Translations under genes and position numbers: made by a program | Source: Squalus acanthias | Lineage: Eukaryota | Reading direction: 5' to 3' | Length of the DNA stretch: 64,000 nucleotides | Assembly (NCBI GenBank): GCA_030390025.1 | Contig: CM059433.1 | Location: 26,166,001-26,230,000 of the forward strand | Shown: piece after piece, positions 10,933 to 23,912 of the stretch | How the letters are laid out: every line of letters starts with the position of its first letter | How positions within the stretch are numbered: position 1 is the first letter of the stretch | The notes under the pieces: model-generated | The model's input: the letters and a program-made list of their open reading frames with translations, nothing else | Told to the model about the DNA's origin: nothing | Databases searched by the model: none

Positions 10933-11660
10933 GGGCTGGATTTTGTCAATGGGGGCGTGTTGGGGGCGGGACTAATGGTTGTCAGGTTTCAGTCCCGCCC
11001 CCAATGATGTCCAGCCAACCCTCGCTATCTTCCCTTAATTGACCTTGTTAAGCCTGCCCTGCTGTGAAACACTGACAATCTCTGTTCTAAGGTGAGTCCT
11101 TGTACTGAAGACTCACCAAACCTCTTTCCTTAGCAGAAATCAGATGGCTGCTGCATCTGAGAATGCAACAGACATTCTGTCATCTCTGCCATTGAGATGA
11201 GGAGCCTCCGGATCTTCAAGGGTTGAAGCCTGCAGGAAGAAGCAAAGGTAAGTAAACTTTTTCTAACACTTTACACTCACCTCTCATACTTACCTCTCAC
11301 CACTTGCACCCATCACTCACCTCCACGGCGGACTTTTCGATCCCTCTCACCCCCGCAGACCCACTGCTCGCCTCGCTGACCCTGGCGAGGTTCGCAGCCA
11401 TCGGGAAGCCCGTACTTGTGTGGGTAAAATGGGGATAAGCCTCTTAACTGCCTGTTAACTACCTGTTAACAGGCAGTTAATTGGCTGTAATCCCCTTCCC
11501 GCCTCGAAGAGACGGGTCCCTGCGCGAGTCGAGGACCCGCCTCCCGGGAAGATGGCACGGAGGCGGATTGGGAGCGGGTACCACCCGCTCCCAGTTTCTG
11601 CCATTTTCCCAGCAGTCCCGCCTCCATACTCGCCTCCCCAGGGCTGGGAAAATTCCCCCC
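10933..11660. mobile_element. Harbinger-type non-autonomous element
   Basis: Ends GGGCTGGATTTT..AAAATTCCCCCC, TSD TTA (10930-10932, 11661-11663). Removal restores the Tigger frame. Confidence 0.75.
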
Positions 11661-11745
11661 TTAAGTTTTTCCCACATGAGAAGGATTTTGCCAACACATG
11701 GAGGCTTTGGCTGCCACGCTCATGCTGGTCAATGAGTTTGATTTT

Positions 11746-12111
11746 TTGAAAGACTTACATTTCTATAGCGCCTTTCACGACCTCAGGATGTCCCAAAGTG
11801 CTTTACAGCCAATGAAGCACTTTTTGAAGTGTAGTCACTGTTGTAATGTAGGAAACGCGACAGCCAATTTTGCACACAGCAAGGTCCTATAACTCCCCTG
11901 CTCTTCTTCGAAGTAGGGGCATGGGATCTTTTATGTCCACCTTGGTTTAACGTCTCATCCGAAAGACGGCACCTCTGACAGTGCAGCACTCCCTCAGCAC
12001 TACACTGGAGTGTCAGCCTAGATTTTGTGCTAAGGTCTCTGGATTGGGACTTGAACCCACAACCTTCTGATTCAGAAACGAGAGTGCTACCAACTGAGCC
12101 ATTGCTGACAC
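11746..12111 (-). mobile_element. tRNA-headed SINE (SacSINE1/DeuSINE-like)
   Basis: Reverse complement of the SINE at 34235-34702, with A/B boxes TGGCTCAGTTGG and GGTTCAAGTCC. Confidence 0.8.
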
Positions 12112-12345
12112 TTTTGGTCCACTGATAATTCATAATGCTTCGGTTTAGCAGCCATTTAGTCAAATCTTTAATACTAACTATTTTCCAACAACTTGAAGAA
12201 CCGGCTATGATTAAAAGCAGCACCTAATTAGCTGCAACAATGCTAAGAACTGTGCAGATATTACAATAAAACTCTATCTGCACAGTGGAACCTGTCGCAA
12301 CAATACTTGCAGATGACGGAGAACAGTACTGCGTGGAATCCTTTG

Positions 12346-13225
12346 CATGCACATCTTCTGGGTCAGTGTGGGATCGAGTGTCTGCACATCTTCTGGGTCA
12401 GTGTGGGATCGAGTGTCTGCACATCTTCTGGGTCAGTGTGGGATCGAGTGTCTGCACATCTTCTGGGTCAGTGTGGGATCGAGTGTCTGTACATCTTGTG
12501 GGTCAGTGTGGGATCGAGAGTCTGCACATCTTCTGGGTCAGTGTGGGATCGAGAGTCTGCACATCTTGTGGGTCAGTGTGGGATCGAGTGTCTGCACATC
12601 TTGTGGGTCAGTGTGGGATCGAGTGTCTGCACATCTTCTGGGTCAGTGTGGGATCGAGTGCCTGCACATCTTGTGGGTCAGTGTGGGATCGAGCGTCTGC
12701 ACATCTTCTGGGTCAGTGTGGGATCGAGAGCCTGCACATCTTCTGGGTCAGTGTGGGATTGAGTTCCTGCACATGGGTAACACGGTGGCATAGTGGTTTG
12801 CACTGTTGCCTCACAGCGCCAGGGACCCGGTTTCGAATCCGGCCTAGGGTGACTGTCTGTGTGGAGTTTGCACATTCTCCCCGTGTCTGCGTGGGTTTGC
12901 TCCGGTTTCCTCCCATAGTCCAAAGATGTGCGGGTTCGGTTGATTTGGCTATGATAAATTGACCCTTAGTGTTAGGGGGATTAAATACATGGGGTTACGG
13001 GGATAGGGTGGGATATGTGTTGGTGCAGGCTCGATGGGCCGAAATGGCCTCTATCTGCACAGTGGGGATTCTGTGATTCTGTGATCTTCTGGGTCAGTGT
13101 GGGATCGAGTGCCTACACATCTTCTGGGTCAGTGTGGGATCGAGTGCCTACACATCTTCTGGGTCAGTGTGGGATCGAGTGTCTGCACATCTTCTGGGTC
13201 AGAGTGGGATCGAGTGCCTGCATAG
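12346..13225. repeat. 35-bp minisatellite (~12 + ~4 copies) interrupted by a SINE
   Basis: Unit acatcttctgggtcagtgtgggatcgagtgtctgc starting at 12351, 12386, 12421 and onward. Confidence 0.95.
12775..13085 (+). mobile_element. HE1-like (V-SINE) elasmobranch SINE
   Basis: Head cacggtggcatagtggtttgcactgttgcctcacagcgccagggacccgg, core gtggagtttgcacattctccccgtgtctgcgtggg, CR1-like tail ending (gattctgt)n. Confidence 0.8.
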
Positions 13226-13299
13226 AATCGGTTGCGCGCACGTCTTCTGGCCTGCATTGTCAACAAGGTTGCATTCGACAGCAGGGACATTGGTTTGCG

Positions 13300-13632
13300 G
13301 GTATTCAAGCCCCAGGGATCACAAGGGACAGTGTGTGTGGGGGTATTCAAACCCCGGGGATCGGCAGGGGCAGTGGGTGTGGGGGGTATTCAAACCCCGG
13401 GGATCGGCAGGGACAGTGGGTGTGGGGGGTATTCAAACCCCGGGGATCGGCAGGGACAGTGGGTGTGGGGGGTATTCAAACCCCGGGGATCGGCAGGGAC
13501 AGTGGGTGTGGGGGTATTCAAACCCCGGGGATCGGCAGGGACAGTGGGTGTGGGGGGTATTCAAACCCCGGGGATCGGCAGTGGGTGTGGGGGGTATTCA
13601 AACCCCGGGGATCGGCAGGGACAGTGGGTGTG
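13300..13632. repeat. ~43-bp G-rich minisatellite (~7 copies)
   Basis: Unit ggggtattcaaaccccggggatcggcagggacagtgggtgtgg. Confidence 0.92.
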
Positions 13633-14015
13633 AGAGTATTGAAATCCTGGGGACTGGCAGTGACACAAAGGAATCCGATAACAATCCATTGGTCATCACG
13701 ATCTTCAGACTCAGATACCGTATGCATTTTGAAGTATGACGTCCGGCTGTTTTAAGGTGTAAAAGGTTTGGTACATTGAAGGCCGTCCGTAGTTTGTAAT
13801 TTGAGAGTGTCCGTGGTTTCAGTGCCTCTTGTATCTTTTACAATGCAAGTTATTTGGACTCTCAATAAGTGTCCCATTTTTGTGCATGTCCATTTATACA
13901 GGTTTCACTGTACCTCATTCAGTCGCACCTAAATTCATTTAGGTTTCTCCTCTTGGTGTAGCAGTTTGCTCCAGTTCACTGCTCCCACAAAATGGATACA
14001 AGGATGTTTTGAAAA

Positions 14016-17000
14016 TGTAAGCATGAATTGAGGCCGAATCAATATGTGAAACACATAGCTTTTAATCACATCTCTGGTAAAATGGCTGCTAACATTTCTC
14101 TGCCAAAAACCCAGAGGCCACGCCCACTCCTTTTTTCCTGCCTTAAAGGCAGCATGCGCCTTAAAGGCAAGGTGCCCGATTTATTGTCCACGGACGGAAA
14201 AGTGGATTGCGCCCGTTTAGGTGGCGATCCGCCACACAGCTCCCCCCAGAATCCGCTTAGGAGGTGTGGACGAGACGGTGTGGCAGGCTGATGGGCCAGC
14301 CGGAGCGGCTCTTGTAGGACGTCGGTGGACGTGGAACGGCCGGGCGTGGAGCAGCCGGGTGAACCAGCTTGAGGGCAGGTCGGCCGCGTGGCGGTGGACG
14401 AGCTACCGGGACCTGCTCACCGGGCTCTGAGTGTGCTGGCTTGAGTCGGTCAACCGACACTTTTTTGTCCTGTCGCCCACTTGCAGGGTGAAAAATTTGT
14501 CCCCAGCCTGTCGCACCTTGTAGGGCCCGTCATACGGGGGTTGAAGGGGTTCGCGGTGGGCGTCGTGCCGGACGAAAATGAACCGTGCCTGGTGCAGGCT
14601 TAGTGGGACGTGTGAGGTGGATTCGCCGTGTCGGGCAATGGGCGAACTGTAGCGCCGGTGAGGCGAAGTCGTGGCGTTGCTGGTCGGCTGACCAAGGGTG
14701 TCGTGGCGGTGGGCAGGAACTCGCCGGGTACGCGCAGCGGCTGGCCGTGCACGAGCTCTGCTGCCGATGCGTGGAGGTCTTCTTTAACCGCGGTACGCAG
14801 GCCGAGGAGGACCCACGGGAGTCGGTCGGTCCAGGCGCCGTCCTGGAGGCTGGCTCGAAGAGATGCCTTCAAGGATCTGTGGAACCGCTCACACAGTCCG
14901 TTGGCTTGGGGGTGGTACGCTGTGGTGCGGTGAATGGTCACCCCGAGATTGCAGTGCGACGGCGGTCCAGAGTTCAGAGGTAAATTGCGGACCTCTGTCC
15001 GACGTCATGTCGGAGGGGACGCCGAACCGTGCGACCCAGGTGCTGACGAAGGCTCTGGCGATGTCGGCGGTGGTGGTAGAGGTCAGTGGAATTGCCTCAG
15101 GGCCAGCGCGTGGTGCGGTCAACGATCGTCAGCAAGTGCATGTGGCCTTGCGACGGCGGCAGGGGCCCGACGATGTCCACGTGGATGTGGTCGAATCTAC
15201 GCGAGGGGACGGTAAACTCATCGAGGGGTGCTTTCGTGTGTTGCTGCACCTTGGCCCGTTGGCAGGCTAGGCAGGAGTTGGCCCAAGTACGCACATCCTT
15301 GTGAAGGCCGCGCCAGACAAAGCGGTCGGCTACCAATTTGATGGATGCGCGGGCGCCGGGGTGGGAGAGGTTGTGAAGAATCTCGAATACCCGGCGGCGC
15401 CAGGACGCTGGGACGATGGGCCGAGGTTGACATAGGGATATGTCACACTTGACCGTGACTGCGGTCGGGCCCCAGGCGACGTCAGCCAGGCGTAGCCCTA
15501 GTAGGTTGGTGGGTGCGGAGAGCAGATCAGGGTCGGTGATCTGGTCTGCTGCGAGTTGAGCGTAGTCGACTGCCAGGTGTGCGGCTTGGATGGCGGGGCG
15601 GGAGAGGCAGTCGGCTACCACATTGTCTCGGCCGGAGACGTGTTGGATGTCCGTGGTGAACTCGGACACTGCCGCGAGCTGGCGCTGCTGCCTGGCGGAC
15701 CAGGGGTCGGTTGTCTTTGCCATTGCGAATGTCAGGGGTTTGTGGTCGACAAACGCAGTGAAGGGGTGGCCCTCCAGCAAAAACCGAAAATGGCGGACTG
15801 CCAGGAACAGCGCGAGGAGCTCGCGATCGAAGGTGCTGTATTTGACCTCCGGGGGGCGTAGTTGGCGGCTGAAGAAGGCAAGTGGTTGCCAGGCGCCGTC
15901 AACCCACTGCTCATACACGGCGCCGACCGCGTGGTCGGAGGCGTCCGTGGTGAGCGCTACCCTGGCATTGGGCCGTGGGTGCGCGAGCAGGGTGGCGTTG
16001 GCGCGGTCTTGGTGGAGTCGAAGGCGGCTGACGCGTCTGCCGTCCATTCGACCGCCATCTTGCCGCTCCTGCCCCGAGGGCTTCATACAGGGGCCTCATG
16101 AGGGACGCTGCTTTGGGGATGAAGCGGTTGTAGAAATTCACCATCCCGAGGAACTCCTGGAGGCCTTTGATGGTGGTGGGGCGGGGAAATTGTTAGATGG
16201 CCTGCACCTTGGTGGGCAGGGGAATGGCCCCAGCATGGGTGATGTGGTGGCCGAGGAAGTCGATCTTGTCCAGGCCGAACTGGCATTTGGCTGGGCTGAG
16301 GATGAGCCCGTGGTCGCTGAGGCGCCCGAACAGGATGCAAAGGTGTTCGAGGTGTTCCTGCTTGGAGGAACTGGCTACCAGGATGTCGTCCAGGTAGACG
16401 AACAGGAACTTCAGGTCCCGAAGGACCGAGTCCATGAGCCGTTGGAATGCCTGGGCCGCGTTTTTGAGGCCGAAGGGCATCCGCAGGAACTCGAAAAGGC
16501 CGAAGGGGGTGATTACGGCTGTCTTGGGGACGTCCGCGGGGTGGACGGGGACTTGGTGGTAGCCGCGCACCAGGTCGACCTTGGAAAAGACTGAGCGGCC
16601 GGCCAGTCTAGCCGAGAAGTCCTGAATGTGCGGCATGGGGTACCGATCAGGGGTGGTGGCGTCGTTGAGGCGGCGGTAATCCCCGCAGGGGCGCCAACCC
16701 CCGCCTGGTTTGGGGCGATGTGGAGTGGGGAGGCCCAGGGACTGTTGGAGCGGCGGATGATGCCGAGCTGTTCCATGGTGGCAAACTCGGTCCGCGCGAT
16801 CTCCAGCTTGGCCGGGTCCAGCCTGCGGGCGTGGGCGTACACTGGGGGGCCTGTGGTGGGGATGAAGTGTTCCACCCCGTGTTTAGCGGCCTCCGCGGAG
16901 AAGGTCGGATTGGTAAGGGCCGGGAATTCGGCCAGGAGTGCCGAGTAGTCATCTGTGGCCCGGGCGTGGCACTGTGACGCCATGTCGGCGAGTTGACGGG

Positions 17001-18330
17001 GGGCCATGGCGCCCAGGATGGGGGACATGGTGTTCATGTCCACGAGGCGGTGTCGAGGGATGTCTACCAGTAGGCCGTGGGCGCACAGGAAATCTGTGCT
17101 GATGAGAGGGGAGAGCACCTTGGCAGTGATGAACTCCCATCGGTAGCGGCGACCAGCGAGGTCGAGATGACTGTGCGGGTGCCGTACGTCCGGATGTCCG
17201 AGCCGTTAGCAGCAGCCAGCGCCGGTCATCGTTTGCCCTTTTGGATGTCGAGGGAGGAGGCCGGGATGATGCTGTGCTGAGCTCCAGTGTCGCACAGGAA
17301 CCGGCGGCCAGTTTTGTCATCCGTGACGTACAGCAGGGAGCCCGCGTGGCCCACGGCCATCGTGGGGGCTGGTACGGGGGCGGACTTGAAAGAGCAGGGA
17401 GGTGTGCACCGTTGTGCCCTGGCGCCGAACAGTGCGTGGTAGTAACAGTGGCCCGGTTTAGTGGGGCGCGAAGGCCCCGTGAGCCCGGTGGCTGGGCCTT
17501 GTGGCCGCGTGGTGGCTGGTGAGGGGTACGCCCAGGCAGTGGCTGCCAGGTCCGGAGTGACGTCGCGGCTGGAGTGAGTGGACAGCAGCTTGTCGGCCTC
17601 ATCGGCCAGGGCTTCCAGGTCTGTGAGGCCGGACGCCACGATCGCTGGGCGGATGCTGAGAGGTAGCTGGCGGATGAACAGCGTGCGGAAGAGGGATCCA
17701 GGTGGGCTCTCGTCGGTGAGGGAGAGCATGTGGGAGAGGAGGTCTGACGGTGAGGCATCACCGAGGCCTGGAAGGTCGAAGAGGTGGCAGTTTCGCTGGT
17801 ATGTCGAGGCCGTAAATTTTTTAAGGAGCGCGGCCTTAAGATGTGCATACTTGCCCCCCTCTGGTGGGTTCTGCAGCGCTGTCCAGACCTTCGTAACTGT
17901 GGAGCTACCGAGTGATGTGACGAGGTAGTCGTACTTCGTCCCATCTGTGCTGATGCGTTGCAGCCGGAATCGGGACTCGGCTTGGAGAAACCAGACTTCG
18001 GGCTGGTTTTCCCAAAACTCCGGCAGTTTCACGGAAACTGCGTTCGTGTCCGCCATTGCAGTGCTCGGAATACGTTCTGAGCGTCGGGGTCACCAATGTT
18101 GTGGCTGCCACGAAGCACGAATTGAGGCCGAGTCAATATGTGAAACACATAGCTTTTAATCACATCTCTGGTAAAATGGCTGCTAACATTTCTCTGCCAA
18201 AAACCCAGAGGCCACGCCCACTCCTTTTTTCCTGCCTTAAAGGCAGCATGTGCCTTAAAGGCAAGGTGCCCGATTTATTGTCCACGGACAGAAAAGTGGA
18301 TTGCGCCCGTTTAGGTGGCGATCCGCCACA
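14016..18330 (-). mobile_element. Gypsy/Ty3 LTR retrotransposon, near full length, frameshifted
   Basis: LTRs ~14016-14236 and 18097-18330 (4 differences in ~218 bp). PBS TGGTGACCCCGACG (tRNA-Trp type) at 18082-18095, PPT at ~14237-14250. Domain order gag-PR-RT-RH-IN. No clear TSD. Confidence 0.93.
14270..18056 (-). pseudogene. Gypsy gag-pol polyprotein with several frameshifts
   Basis: Gag: KLPEFWENQPEVWFLQAESRF. PR: FLCDTGAQHS. RT: FSKVDLVRGYHQ..YLDDILV. RH: TTDASDHAVGA..DRELLA. IN: HNLSHPG..CLAC..HVDIVGPLP, TSDRGPQF, YHPQANGLCER, PPYDGPY. Confidence 0.9.
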
Positions 18331-19917
18331 ACTTCAACATTTCGCCCTCCTCTTTTTCACAGGCTTCACAATGATTTTAACCAATACAAAGGTTATTCCA
18401 CTTGCTCATTATCTCATAAAATACAGACATCGGCACCCTACCCTGTGAGAGGTTTAATGATATTACAAATAACAGTCATCACCCAAGGTGGCAGATGAAA
18501 TAAGTTGATGTCTTTATTAGAAAGCATACATTAGATCATACATTCAATGCCACTCAAACACAATTGTTTTAAATATTTAATTTAAATCTTTCACACAAGT
18601 GCAAAAGTTTAAAGTTTAAAGCTTTCACATCAAATGGTTTAAAGCTCAAAATTTTAAGGCCTAGATTTACACATTTGAAGATTCTGACCCCAATGACATT
18701 GATCTCATAGGAACGTTTCCACTGAACAATGTGATGAGTTGATCAAGTAATGCAAGAAGCATGGCGCACATTCAACACATGGCAGCAGTGTCGGATCAAT
18801 GCCCTGAGAGTTGGGTGAATGATCAGAACGTGACAGTAAAATATATGCTTCACATTTAGGGCACTGTTCTTAGAAAAAGTGTTTGGCAAATCTTATTTTG
18901 CTTGTTTACAGACACCTGACTTAACAGCACAAATTTGCACTGAAATGTATAATTATGTCACTTGCATTAACCATTAAGCATTTTACACAACTCAGGTTAT
19001 AAATGTAATACTCCAAAACAGAGAGCACATCCCTAACCCTTTGCAGTGATCAGAAACCCAACATAATTGGGTGTAACAATAACTCATGTGGTTTCAGTGC
19101 CATATATGATAGCTACTGTTTGCCTTCTAAGGGTTGAAACCCATACTTGCCAGTTGTCCAATCATCAATTAGGGACTATCCTCCTCGAGTACAGGTAGGT
19201 AGGGTCTCTTTGGCTCCAAGATAGCATGCTTGATGATGGTAGGTTGCAATCAATAATTTCTAACTGCCCCTCCTTTCTATCCTCCTTGTAGTCTTTTTCT
19301 ATACCTCACTGTTTTTCAGCCTTCAAACCGCCTATCTTTGCACCTGCCTCTGCTCCTGTCTCTGTCTTGTATCTCTCACGATTCACAACCACAAAAAGGG
19401 TGCAAATACTTTCCAATACAATGGGTGTGAGGTGTTTAACAATTACCAAGACAAGCTAACTAATTGCTTATTACTTACAGTCTATAAGGAAACATCATCA
19501 AAGGCAGCTCCTTAGCATCTTAACTACCTATTGACTCAGGGTGAGTGTATACTCTATGGGGACTGTTTTCCACCATTCAAAAGCGTGGTGTAAAACGCCA
19601 TTGTTTTTCATTTTTTCAATGACCAGGAATGACTCCAAGGAGGTTATTTTAGCGAAAGGGTGAAAACAGGCGCTAAATGGATGCAGTGCTAATAAGACAC
19701 AGATGTTTGAAAGTCTCGATTTAGCACAAAATTTTGGTCCTAATTGCTGATTACCATAATTTGAACTTGCCTGGAGATGCTAAACCAGACATCTGCAGGT
19801 TTAGCACTCAAGTGCTGATAGACACAATTTTCATGGACCAGTATATGTGGGCTCCTCGCACCCACTTCCACTGAAGGTATGGAGTGCTCTGGCTGGCACA
19901 CAGCGGCAGGTTTTAGG

Positions 19918-20010
19918 ATGGTTCACGGACCGAAGGAGAGGGTGCACAGGTTCTCAAACACGGCACTGGAGGTCCTGGTGGAGGAAGTTACGAGGAGGAG
20001 GAATGTCCTG
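19918..20010 (+). pseudogene. Fragment of Harbinger Myb/SANT-like gene exon 1
   Basis: MVHGPKERVHRFSNTALEVLVEEVTRRRNVL resembles MERVRERAHRFTERALDALVGAVERRRCML at 60979. Confidence 0.6.
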
Positions 20011-20365
20011 CAGGGGAAGGAGTCTACCTCACCCTCCTGTCCCTCTCTCTTGCAGTTCTGTCTGGCCTCATGTCCTCCTCCCATTCCTCGTCCAGACCAA
20101 GGGGGACCCCTAGCAAGATGCCCATGACCATTTTGTCTGGTGGAAGCAGTCTTGGAAAAGACAGCAATTTTTCAGCTCTGCTTGGTTTACGACCACTGTG
20201 GACAAAGGGCCCGTAAACGAATAGCAGGCAAGGTTAAAGCAGTCTTCACTACCTCAAGGATGTGAAATAAAATGAGGAAAAAGCTTAATGATATCTAGAA
20301 GGCAACCAAGCTTTGGTAAGATAAGCGCATCAATCCATCTTAGAAGGACAGCACAAACAGGAAGG

Positions 20366-23300
20366 CACAAATAGAAATAAATGGGTATGATCTTATAGCC
20401 ATTACAGAGACATGGCTGTAAGGTGACCAAGGCTGGGAATTGAATATTCAGGGGTATGAGACATTTTGAAGGATAGGCAACAAGGAAAAGGAGGTGGAGT
20501 AGCTCTGTTAATAAAGGATGAGATCAGTACAGTAGTGAGAAATGATCTTGGCTCGGAAGATCAAGATGTAGAATCAGTTTGGCCGGAGATAAGAAATAAT
20601 AAGGGAAAGAAGTCACTGGTGGGAGTAGTCTATAGGCCCCCTAACAGTAGCTACACTGTGGGACACAGTATAAATCAAGAAATAATGGGGCCTTGTAAGA
20701 AAGGTACTGCAATAATCGTGGGCGATTTTAATCTTCAAATAGATTGGACAAATCAAATTGGCAAAGGTAGCCTTGAGGACGAGTACATAGAGTGTATTCA
20801 GGACAGTTTCTTAGAACAATACGTTGTGGAACCAACCAGGGAACAGGCTATGTTAGATCTGGTAATGTGTAATGACAGGATGAATTAATAATCTCATAGT
20901 AAAGGATAACTCTAGGGACGAGTGATCATAATATGATAGAATTTTACATTCAGTTTGAGGGTGAGAAACTTGGGTCTGAAACTAGTGTCTTAAAATTAAA
21001 TAAAGGCAATTACAAGGGTATGAAGACAGAGTTGGCTAAAGAGACCCTTCAAGTCACATACCATCCTGACTTAGATGTATATCGCTGATCCTTCATCGTC
21101 GCTGGGTCAAAATCCTGGAACTCCCTACTTAACAGCACTGTGGGAGTACCTTCACCACACGGACTGCAACGGTTCAAGAAACAGGCTCACCACCACCTTC
21201 TCAAGGGCAATTAGGGATGGGCAATAAATGCTGGCCTTGCCAGCGATGCCCACATCCCATAAACAAATTTAAAAAAATAGATTAAAAGCAGTGGCAGACC
21301 TTTAAGGAGATATTTCATAACTCTCAACAAAGATATATTCCAATGAGAAAGAAAGACTCTATGAGAAGGATGAACCATCCATGGCTTACTAAGGAAGTTA
21401 AGGAGGGTGTCAAATTGAAAGAAAAGGCATACAATGTTGCGAAGATTAGTGGTAGGCCAGAAGATTGGGAACTTTTTAGAAACTTGCAAAGGATGACTAA
21501 AAAAATAATAAAGTGGGAGAAAATAGATTATGAGAGTAAACTAGCAAGAAATATAAAAACAGACAGTAAGAGCTTCTACAAGTATATAAAAAGGAAGAGA
21601 GTAGTTAAAGTAAACATTGGTCCCTTAGAGGATGAGACTGGGGAATTAATAACGGAAAACAAGGAAATCGGAGAGACTTTGAACAAATATTTTGTATCTG
21701 TCTTCACAGTAGAAGACACTAAAAGCATCCCAATAATAGTGGAAAATCAAGGGGCAAAATAGAGGGAGGAACTTAAAACAACCACTAGAGAAAAAGTACT
21801 AGGCAAACTAATGGGACTAAAGGCTGATAAGTCCTCTGGACCTGATGGCCTGTATCCTAGGGTCTTAAAAGAAGTGGCTGCAGAGATAGTGGATGCATTG
21901 GTTGTAATCTTCCAAAATTCCCATGACTCTGGAAAGGTCCCAGTGGACTGGAAAACTGCAAGTGTAACACCCATATTCAAGAAAGGAGGGGGACAGAAAC
22001 CAGGAAACTACAGGCCAGTTAGCCTAACATCTGTCATTGGAAAATGCTGGAATCCATTATTAAGGAAGTAGTAGCAGGACATTTAGAAAATCAGAATACA
22101 ATCAAGCAAAAGAGTCAACATGGTTTTCTGAAAGGAAAATCGTGTTTGACAAATTTATTAGAGTTCTTTGAGGATGTAATGAGCAGGGTGGATAAAAGTG
22201 AACCAGTGGATGTAGTGTATTTGGATTTCCAAAAGGCATTCGATAAGGTGCCACATAAAAGGTTACTGCACAAGCTAAGAGCTCATGGTGTTGGGGGTAA
22301 TATATTAGCATGGATAGAGGATTGGCTAACTAACAGAAAACAGAGAGTCAGGATAAATGGGTCATTTTCAGGTTGGCAAACTGTAACTGGTGGGGTGCCA
22401 CAAGGATCAGTGCTGAGGCTTCAATTATTTACATTCTATATTAATGACTTGGATGAAGGGACCGAGTGTACTGTAGCCAAATTTGCTGACGATACAAAAA
22501 TAGGTGGGAAAGCAAGTTGTGAGGAGGACACAAAGAGTCTGCAAAGGATATGGATAGGTTAAGCGAGTGGGCAAAAATTTGGCAGATAGAGTATAATGTG
22601 GGAAAATGTGAGGTTATCCACTTTGGTAGGAAGAATAGAAAAGCAAAATATTGGCCTGTATTTTCCGACCCCCACGGGTGGGTACAAGCTGTGTACATAC
22701 CCGTAGGGGCCTCGGAAGTGCCGGTTTCAGGCATGCGAAGCGCATGCGCTGAAAACCAGCACTTCCGATGTGTCAAGAATCCTCTTGACAGATCACACGC
22801 CTGCCCTGGAGAAGGGCCTCTGTGGGCAGAGAGTTACGCTTTCTGCACAACCTCTGCTCGCTGAAAACCTTTAAAAATCTTACGCCTGGTAAAAGCAGAC
22901 ATAAGGCTTGCTTTTACCAGCAAGAGTTTAAGAAAGTAAAAAAAAAATTCACTCATTTATAATTTAAAAATACTTTTAAAAAAGGTAAGTTTATTTTTAG
23001 CCCCGTAAAAAACTTTAATTATTTTTTTCAAAAAATTTAATTTTTGTTTAAAATATTTAATTTAATGTAATTTTAACTAATTTTAAATATGTGATTTAAA
23101 AAAATTATTTAATGTTTTAGTGTGTATTTTGAGTAATCCCCATTCATACTTTTGACAGGTATATCCCCCTGTCAAAAGTGTGAAGGGGGATTCCCTTCTT
23201 TGATTGGTTCCCCATGGCCCATGTGACCCCAGGGACGCTTGCGAACTGCCTGCGCCCCTGGGATGCCCGGGCCTCTGCGCACGTGCACCAGGAGAGGCCC

Positions 23301-23912
23301 AGGAGCGGAAGTGTCGGGACCTACGGAGCCAGCAGTTAAGTTCGTAGATTTTTCCAGATCGGAGGCATCCGCCCGCAGGAAGAATCCAATCGGAAAATCC
23401 GGCCCAATGGAAAGCGACTACAGAATGCTGCGATACAGAGGGATCTGGGTGTCCTCGTACATGAAACACAAAAAGTTAGCATGCAGGTACAGCAAGTAAT
23501 TAGGAAGGCAAATGGAATATTGGCCTTTATTGCAAGGAGGATGGAGTATAAAAGTAGGGAAGTCTTGCTACAACTGTACAGGGTGTTAGTGAGACCACAC
23601 CTCAAGTACTGCATACAGTTTTGGTCTCCTTATTGAAGAAGGGATATACTTGCATTGGAGACAGTTCAGAGAAGGTTCACTAGGTTGATTCCTGGGATGA
23701 AGGGGTTGTCTTATGAGGAAAGGCTGAGCAGGTCGGGCCTATACTCATTGGAGTTTAGAAGAATGAGAGGTGATCTTATTGAAACATATAAGATTCTGAG
23801 AGGATGTATCCCCTCGTGGGGAAATCTAGAACTAGGGGGCATAGTTTCAGAATAAGGGGTCGCCCATTTAAGATGGAGATGAGGAGGAATTTCTTCTCTC
23901 AGAGGGTCGTGA
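20366..23912 (+). mobile_element. CR1 LINE ORF2 (APE + RT), decayed, with nested inserts
   Basis: [55 protein letters not shown]. Holds a CR1-family 3' fragment at ~21044-21280 and a MITE at 22653-23405. Confidence 0.92.
22653..23405. mobile_element. Harbinger-type MITE
   Basis: TIRs GGCCTGTATTTTCCG / CGGAAAATCCGGCCC; homologous to 37970-38630 and 55036-56117. Confidence 0.82.

Larger units (their letters stand above)
9230..13910 (-). mobile_element. Degenerate pogo/Tigger DNA transposon with multiple nested insertions
   Basis: N-terminus rebuilt across inserts from ATG 12155: MAAKPKHYELSVDQK|IKLIDQHERGSQSLHVLAKSFSCGKT*VSSVLKHKFELLDAYE. DDE_1 motif NVKLVFFPPNTTPILQPLDQGIIKTIKTQYRK at 9837-10031. 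Candidate TIR CAGTGAAACCTGT ends at 13910 followed by TA. Left boundary uncertain. Confidence 0.78.

Noticed and set aside
12285..13755. Cys/Gly-rich ORFs and a CRISPR-like periodic look
   Set aside because: These are head-to-tail 35-bp and 43-bp minisatellites with no unique spacers and no cas genes; the ORFs result from stop-free repeat units.
14585..17928. Long plus-strand ORFs (for example 15590-16594)
   Set aside because: They are antisense shadows of the GC-rich Gypsy pol.
18340..19560. Possible exons of a neighbouring gene such as GFRAL
   Set aside because: I could not recognise any exon with a convincing translation.
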